Below are positions 58,909 through 64,000 of a stretch of 64,000 bases of DNA, one piece after another. This stretch comes from Shigella phage SH7. The position numbers and the translations under genes are program-made. Every line of letters begins with the position of its first letter. Position 1 is the first letter of the stretch. The stretch lies in the sequence record KX828711; one strand, written 5' to 3'. The notes under the pieces are model-generated. The model made no database searches. It worked only from the letters and a program-made list of their open reading frames with translations, and was not told where the DNA came from.

Positions 58909-59174
58909 TGTTCATCCTTTAGAGTTTGGTTTACAGCTCTATTATAAATCAATTCATCATTAAGCTCAGGCAAAGACCTATGATATGTAGTTCTAACTTT
59001 ATTTCCTTGCATCCAGTGCTTGACGTAAATGAAACCTTGCTCTACACATTTTTTAAAAATTCGTTCGTCTTTTTGAGCTCGAAATTCTGGATTGCATCTA
59101 AAAAATTGATTTACGTGACCGTAATCACGTGTAGTATTACCTTCATTTTCATAAATAGTGTGAACAACAAACAT
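58905..59174 (-). CDS. hypothetical protein (89 aa)
   Basis: ORF track; first gene downstream of ligase, overlapping stop/start. Confidence 0.6.
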   Translation of the reverse strand: MFVVHTIYENEGNTTRDYGHVNQFFRCNPEFRAQKDERIFKKCVEQGFIYVKHWMQGNKVRTTYHRSLPELNDELIYNRAVNQTLKDEQ

Positions 59175-60013
59175 TAGAATGCTCCTTGGAAAATATTATC
59201 ACCACCAGTAGGTCTATTATACAAATACTCTATGCCACCAGGTTTAATATAGTTCCATGTCTGAAACGGATGTGTCTGATATGGATGATATAGATGATTA
59301 TAAGGATTAAATCCAGGAGTTCTCCAGGTAGTGTTCCAAGGAAAAGAATCGTTTTTAACCATCTTCTCAATTAAATCTTTTATAGCTTTTTCACTATCAA
59401 AACTTTCTTTATTTTCCTTCGATGGAAAAAGCTTATTCTCTACATCATTCCATGTATAAACTCGCTGCGCAGTTTTTGGAATACTGTCACGCTCCCCTCG
59501 AGCCATCCAATAAACAGGAACATTTAATATTTCACTCGCGTGATCGCAGTGGTGAGCGAGATCGTCAATATAACAAATTACGTTATATTTCTCTTTTGCC
59601 TTTTTGAACAACTCTTCTTTTGAAGAATCATGACCACACATCAATACTTCTGAGAAGGCACCAGGAAAAAGAGCATTCAAATTAAATTGACGATTTAGCA
59701 GAGCGTCAATAGAATCACCCAATGCTGTAACAGCTACAAAATTATAATCTTCTTTTAATTTGTTAATTACACACAGGGCATCTTTATACGGAGACAAGTA
59801 ACGAATAAAATCTGAACGATTGTATTTTTCAATTAACTTGACACCAAGTTCTTCATCGCAATTAAAGAGCTTACCAGGAGAAATAAATTTTTCGTCCTGA
59901 ATCATTTTTAAAATATGTTCCAACGGAAGATTATATTTTTGGGCAAAATAAGGAAGACCTGATTGCCAGCTTAAACATACACCATCAATATCAGTTAAAA
60001 TAGTAGGCTTCAT
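59174..60013 (-). CDS. HAD-superfamily phosphatase-like protein with aromatic/Pro-rich C-terminal tail (279 aa)
   Basis: N-terminal HAD motif I ILTDIDGV and motif IV-like ICYIDD; C-terminal 80 aa rich in W, Y, P, H. Confidence 0.65.
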   Translation of the reverse strand: MKPTILTDIDGVCLSWQSGLPYFAQKYNLPLEHILKMIQDEKFISPGKLFNCDEELGVKLIEKYNRSDFIRYLSPYKDALCVINKLKEDYNFVAVTALGDSIDALLNRQFNLNALFPGAFSEVLMCGHDSSKEELFKKAKEKYNVICYIDDLAHHCDHASEILNVPVYWMARGERDSIPKTAQRVYTWNDVENKLFPSKENKESFDSEKAIKDLIEKMVKNDSFPWNTTWRTPGFNPYNHLYHPYQTHPFQTWNYIKPGGIEYLYNRPTGGDNIFQGAF

Positions 60014-60474
60014 AGAGAGTCTCTTAATAGGTTTAACACATCAATAAATTCAGCTTCAGTTAGTATTGTATCATCTTTTGTTAGACCACTAGCCATGCTG
60101 TGCTTCAAAACTTTTCCTTTCGAGGCTTGTAATGCATCACGAAAGCCCTTGTTTTGGATCGCTGCCTCAAAATACGCATTTGTGTATAATTCTTTCCAGG
60201 CTGGGGAGTATCTTGAAAACGGAACTCCAAGCCAGAAGAGGGTCCCACGGTCCTGAGCTCTAGTATAAGACCTTCCAGCTTGTTGGGCGGCAAGCCCGGA
60301 TAACCCAAATATACGTCTTTGTTGTTCAACATTTTTCACCTTACATCCTTGGAGGAATCCTTCGAGACCTCCAAATTGAATGCCATCCATAACGAAAGGC
60401 CAATAGGCGAAATTACTTAATGCACATGATGGCCACCTAAAATTACTTCTAATCTCTAACTCAGACATTTTCAA
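60010..60474 (-). CDS. YbiA/NADAR-family protein (154 aa)
   Basis: Segment RWPSCALSNFAYWPFVMDGIQFGGLEGFLQGCK aligns with the YbiA signature FSNFAAWPIKVDG...EHYFQAQK. Confidence 0.7.
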   Translation of the reverse strand: MKMSELEIRSNFRWPSCALSNFAYWPFVMDGIQFGGLEGFLQGCKVKNVEQQRRIFGLSGLAAQQAGRSYTRAQDRGTLFWLGVPFSRYSPAWKELYTNAYFEAAIQNKGFRDALQASKGKVLKHSMASGLTKDDTILTEAEFIDVLNLLRDSL

Positions 60475-60667
60475 TGCTTATAATTTCAACATCAGCCCAA
60501 TGACCATAGTTTGGTAGACGAAATTCAACTGGCCAGTCACTGCCTTTTTCTAATATAATAGACTTAACTTGCGGTTCTTCATGTTCATCAGTATATGGAT
60601 TTTTATCTGTTACTTTATATGTGACCTTAATGTACTGAATTCCAAAAATCTTATTAATTATATTCAT
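60461..60667 (-). CDS. hypothetical protein (68 aa)
   Basis: ORF track; overlapping stop/start with neighbours. Confidence 0.55.
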   Translation of the reverse strand: MNIINKIFGIQYIKVTYKVTDKNPYTDEHEEPQVKSIILEKGSDWPVEFRLPNYGHWADVEIISIENV

Positions 60668-60861
60668 ACTAATTCCTTTAATCCGTAAATAGGAGATAAT
60701 TCATCACCCATACGAAGGTCTTCATTTCCATCTACCCAGGAAACAATATAAGCCTCTTTTATTTGAACACCACTCCATTTAAATGGAGGTAGAACCTTAG
60801 AAATTAATCCAGGTATACCAACTCCCTTTAATTCAACAGTTTGACCTAAAAAGAATTTCAT
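60664..60861 (-). CDS. hypothetical protein (65 aa)
   Basis: ORF track; overlapping stop/start with neighbours. Confidence 0.55.
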   Translation of the reverse strand: MKFFLGQTVELKGVGIPGLISKVLPPFKWSGVQIKEAYIVSWVDGNEDLRMGDELSPIYGLKELV

Positions 60862-61148
60862 CAGAACCTCATCTGAAAGCCGTGTGATTTAACATTACCG
60901 CCGCCAATATCAGAAATATTAATTTCACGCGCAATTGAAGGGTCAATGTCAATTTCACGATTAAGTTTAGCGATAGCTAAAGTATCACGCCCATTTACTG
61001 TACGGAATTCTAAAGGACAAACCACATCAACATAATTTTTAATCGATTCACTGGTAGGTTGCAAATGAGCAGGAAGGTCTTTAGGCGCCTTAGAGAAAAC
61101 AACTTCACAGAAATTTTTGCGGGTATCAAAATAAGTAGTCATAAACAT
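60861..61148 (-). CDS. hypothetical protein (95 aa from ATG MFMTTYFD...)
   Basis: ORF-track frame extends to 61199, but that extension runs through a hairpin; ATG at 61148 has GAGGAAAA RBS. Confidence 0.5.
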   Translation of the reverse strand: MFMTTYFDTRKNFCEVVFSKAPKDLPAHLQPTSESIKNYVDVVCPLEFRTVNGRDTLAIAKLNREIDIDPSIAREINISDIGGGNVKSHGFQMRF

Positions 61149-61162
61149 AGTATTTTCCTCAG

Positions 61163-61178
61163 TAAGGGGCCGAAGCCC
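61163..61178 (-). terminator. hairpin GGGGCTTCGGCCCC after ORF 61189..61554
   Basis: Third copy of this GC hairpin, at the 3' end of a minus-strand gene. Confidence 0.4.
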
Positions 61179-61188
61179 CTGTTTTATT

Positions 61189-61554
61189 TTAAATATCAAA
61201 TTCGTTAAGAACTACATCAAAGATTGCTTCAAGATGCTCAGGTTTAGCTCTGTTACTCAGAATATGACGAATCCAAGTTTTAACCAGAAGCTTACGATTA
61301 ACGCCATTCCAGCAAGGATGAGTCCCTAAATCACGTTGACGAAAATCATCATCCAAAGCGATTTTGAAGTTGGAGCCTTCCATTGTGATTGAAACCGTGA
61401 TGCCATTTTCAAATCGCATATAAACGTAGTTAGGAGTCATATACTGTTCAATTTCGCATACTGATCCATTTTGATGTTTCCAAAGGCAGATAGTATCAAT
61501 AGAACCTGCAATACCATTAGAAACATATTTACGTTCAAAGTTGATGTAGTTCAT
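61189..61554 (-). CDS. hypothetical protein (121 aa)
   Basis: ORF track; early promoter-like element upstream. Confidence 0.6.
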   Translation of the reverse strand: MNYINFERKYVSNGIAGSIDTICLWKHQNGSVCEIEQYMTPNYVYMRFENGITVSITMEGSNFKIALDDDFRQRDLGTHPCWNGVNRKLLVKTWIRHILSNRAKPEHLEAIFDVVLNEFDI

Positions 61555-61591
61555 TTTTATTCTCCGAGATGTTTAATTGCGGTACAGGTAT

Positions 61592-61620
61592 ATAATATCA
61601 TATCCTGTACCAAAGTAAAC
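61592..61620 (-). promoter_or_regulatory. T4-type early promoter-like element with -10 inside an 8-bp inverted repeat
   Basis: Minus strand GTTTAC, 17 nt, TATTAT; the -10 lies in the loop of GGTACAGG...CCTGTACC at about 61585-61615. Confidence 0.45.
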
Positions 61621-61622
61621 AA

Positions 61623-61955
61623 TTATTTTACTACTTTCCAATGCTTCATATCAAGTTTACCAACTTTTTTCATCTTCTCAATTAAGCGTTCGGCACGTTG
61701 GCGAGCTGTAACATAATACCATTCACCTAATTCATTTTGTTCAATTTTTCCAACGATTACTGTATTCAATTCATAAATCCAACCAGTAAAGAAATTATGA
61801 ACTTGAATTGTAAAGGTGAAATCTGTTCCCATACCTTCTGTTGTTTCTACTTCAATAATATCACCTTCAACTGCCATTAAGAACCACATAGTTTCATCAT
61901 ATTTACCAGTGAAGCATTTAGTTTTAACTGCAGCGTTCAGATTAATCGTTTTCAT
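61623..61955 (-). CDS. hypothetical protein (110 aa)
   Basis: ORF track; early promoter-like element upstream. Confidence 0.6.
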   Translation of the reverse strand: MKTINLNAAVKTKCFTGKYDETMWFLMAVEGDIIEVETTEGMGTDFTFTIQVHNFFTGWIYELNTVIVGKIEQNELGEWYYVTARQRAERLIEKMKKVGKLDMKHWKVVK

Positions 61956-61983
61956 TTTATTCTCCTTTGTTTGTGTAAGATAA

Positions 61984-62012
61984 TACTATCACAAAGGAAC
62001 CATACTGTAAAC
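61984..62012 (-). promoter_or_regulatory. T4-type early promoter-like element
   Basis: Minus strand GTTTACA, 17 nt, TGATAGTAT. Confidence 0.45.
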
Positions 62013-62065
62013 AACTTTATGCAATCTTTGGAAAATAAAAAAGGACTCCCGAAGGAGTCCTCAAC

Positions 62066-62242
62066 TTATGCTTTCTGCTTACCAAAACGAGAAGCATCAT
62101 CTCGAAGAACCGCACGTGCTCGACGCATGATCTTCTCAACAGTTTGATTGATACGAGAGTTCGACCCACGCTTGTAGCCAGCGCGTTTAGAATCACCAAC
62201 TTTCTTTTCAACTGCTTTCTTTGCTTTAACTTGTTTTGCCAT
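62066..62242 (-). CDS. small basic protein (58 aa from MAKQVKAKK...; T4 30.9 position)
   Basis: ORF-track frame 62066..62284; start choice between two ATGs uncertain; Lys/Arg-rich. Confidence 0.5.
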   Translation of the reverse strand: MAKQVKAKKAVEKKVGDSKRAGYKRGSNSRINQTVEKIMRRARAVLRDDASRFGKQKA

Positions 62243-62488
62243 TATAAATTCTCTTTTAAATGAAAATGCAGGACTTATTGGCATTGCCTGCGCAAGCCCT
62301 CAAGGGGAACATAGGTTTTTTGGATATTTAACGACCAGGATAACCATAAACCCGTCATCATTCACATTCAAGAGGTACACCGTAAAACTGCCGGGGTCTT
62401 AAAACTATAATGATTCGCAAATCATTAATCAGACAGTTCGACGGCTCCTCGATTTTAGCTCACGCTAATGCAGTGAATCTCCAATAAA

Positions 62489-62737
62489 TTACTTCAATGT
62501 TACCACAAAGTGACGAACTGCTTTTCGTGCAGCAGAAGCCAAAGGCTTAGCATATTTAAGTTCATCTTTTTCCTGAAGCTCAGCAGCTAATGCAGTTTGA
62601 GCAGGATTCAGATGTTTGAAATAACGCAGGATTTCAAGAGCTTCGGCTTCAACATCAATAGATGCACCATAGTTTTCGTGACCATTATTCCATGCGTTTC
62701 GTTGCAGTTCAAGAGCGTGTTGTAATTGTTTAATCAT
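62489..62737 (-). CDS. rIII: RIII lysis inhibition accessory protein
   Basis: 82 aa, immediately downstream of gene 31 as in T4. Confidence 0.85.
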   Translation of the reverse strand: MIKQLQHALELQRNAWNNGHENYGASIDVEAEALEILRYFKHLNPAQTALAAELQEKDELKYAKPLASAARKAVRHFVVTLK

Positions 62738-62876
62738 TTAAAAATTCTCGTTAGAGATTAAAACTCGGTAGTCACGTTCTTCTGAATTTCATCTTCTTTC
62801 GACAGATCTCTCAGTTGTAGACTACCACGTAGAATTGTTCGGTTAACTTATTATTCCGACACCCAATTCATATTAT

Positions 62877-62884
62877 TATTTATA
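62877..62884 (-). promoter_or_regulatory. late promoter TATAAATA upstream of rIII
   Basis: Exact TATAAATA on minus strand just 3' of gene 31, about 140 nt upstream of rIII ATG. Confidence 0.45.
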
Positions 62885-63220
62885 TCACTTATAAAGACAT
62901 GGAATAGCTTTATAGTGACAAGTAACGAATTTTTGTTTAATTTCTTTTGGCTGCTTAAGACCCAGAGCTACAAAAGGATGCGGAACATTTCGAATTTGAC
63001 CAACTGGAAGAGAAGTCAAATCACCAACTTCGCAGAAACCTTCAGGAACATCAGGACCGACAGAGTGAACTACACACAGTTCAGGAACTTCACCTTGAAC
63101 ACGTTTACCGATAATAAGTCCTGATTCTGTAACTTCTTCATCACCGGCTTGTGCAGGTTCAGAAACTAAAATAACATATTCACCGACAGCACGAATTGGT
63201 AGCTGTTGTACTTCAGACAT
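62885..63220 (-). CDS. 31: gp31 co-chaperonin (GroES functional analogue for capsid folding)
   Basis: 111 aa; [30 protein letters not shown]... recognised as T4 gp31. Confidence 0.95.
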
Positions 63221-63250
63221 CGTTTTTCCTTTTTGTTAACAGATGAATTA

Positions 63251-63277
63251 ATAATAACAAATAATTCTTAAAGCATT
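63251..63277 (-). promoter_or_regulatory. MotA-dependent middle promoter-like element for gene 31
   Basis: Minus strand AATGCTTTA then 12 nt then TATTAT; near-identical to the module upstream of the tRNA operon. Confidence 0.5.
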
Positions 63278-63585
63278 TATTTACCAATAAATTGAAGCAA
63301 ATGCTCAACTTTCATACCATTAACAGAAATCAATTTGTCAATAGAAAAACCTCGCCATGCACCAAGTTCAACATCAAATACTGGAATCATATCCGTAGAT
63401 TCTTTCCGAGTAGATTCAGTCAATTTACCAGTTTGCATGGTTGGCATAAAATCTGCATCACGAGTACCTTCCATAGTACGAATAGTACCATCAGACTTTT
63501 CAAAAACTACGTTTGAAACACCCATGGACAGTTTAGTTTTCAAAATTTCACGAATTGCTACTTTCTGCTCAGTTGTCAGTTTCAT
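63277..63585 (-). CDS. hypothetical protein (102 aa; T4 31.1 position)
   Basis: ORF track. Confidence 0.65.
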   Translation of the reverse strand: MKLTTEQKVAIREILKTKLSMGVSNVVFEKSDGTIRTMEGTRDADFMPTMQTGKLTESTRKESTDMIPVFDVELGAWRGFSIDKLISVNGMKVEHLLQFIGK

Positions 63586-63822
63586 TTATTTACCTATTAC
63601 AGTTTTAATATGAGTTGTTCCACGTTCTTTAAGAGTGGAAAGCAATTTTTGGCATTTTTCTAAATCAGATTTCCAACTATACGGACTATCAATACAAACC
63701 CAGTTTGACTTATAATACTGCTTCCATTTAGAGAAAAAATACTTCTTATACTCTACAGCAAATGAAATATTCTCGTTGGAATAAGAACTAATTGCTGTGA
63801 GTTGTACCAAACGAAATTTCAT
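63586..63822 (-). CDS. hypothetical protein (78 aa; T4 31.2 position)
   Basis: ORF track; start overlaps the cd stop (TAATG). Confidence 0.65.
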   Translation of the reverse strand: MKFRLVQLTAISSYSNENISFAVEYKKYFFSKWKQYYKSNWVCIDSPYSWKSDLEKCQKLLSTLKERGTTHIKTVIGK

Positions 63823-64000
63823 TATTCACCACAGAATTCGTTGATATTTTCCCAATTTAACTTATTCAAGTTTTTCTTAGGAACATTAAACACTTCAATA
63901 CCCGCATTTCGCAGAATATCATCCCAGCCAGGTTTATTTTTATCGTATGTTTCACAATAAACCAACTTTTTAATACCAGATTGAGCTATCGCTTTTGCAC
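63822..64000 (-). CDS. cd: dCMP deaminase, C-terminal part only (gene starts beyond the window end)
   Basis: Hand translation of the minus-strand frame gives ...AKAIAQSGIKKLVYCETYDKNKPGWDDILRNAGIEVFNVPKKNLNKLNWENINEFCGE, recognised as the T4 Cd C-terminus. Confidence 0.8.
   Translation of the reverse strand, partial: AKAIAQSGIKKLVYCETYDKNKPGWDDILRNAGIEVFNVPKKNLNKLNWENINEFCGE

Overview
This window is a contiguous stretch of a T4-like (T-even, Tequatrovirus-type) myovirus genome. Gene order, protein sizes and sequence motifs follow the phage T4 map from the e/tRNA accessory region through genes 57B-57A-1-3-2-4 (minus strand), the late structural block 53-5-5.1-5.4-6-7-8-9-10-11-12-wac-13-14-15-16-17-18-19-20-67-68-21-22-23-24 (plus strand), rnlB-hoc-inh (minus), uvsW (plus), uvsY-25-26 (minus), baseplate hub genes 51-27-28-29-48-54 (plus), then alt, DNA ligase 30, a 30.x accessory block, rIII, 31 and the 3' end of cd (minus). 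It is probably not T4 itself: the tRNA array holds 11 tRNAs (T4's eight plus His, Asn, Tyr), there are two full-length Alt-family ADP-ribosyltransferase genes in tandem, and no homing endonuclease ORF sits at the 23/24 or inh/uvsW junctions. No single novel system stands out; the most interesting items are the second Alt paralog, a NADAR/YbiA-like plus HAD-like pair just downstream of ligase, an internal-protein-like gene with a capsid targeting sequence flanked by repeated terminator hairpins, and structured noncoding stretches beside the tRNA array. All calls are from reading the sequence and recalled T4 biology with no searches run; hand-derived coordinates for RNAs and promoters may be off by 1-2 nt.
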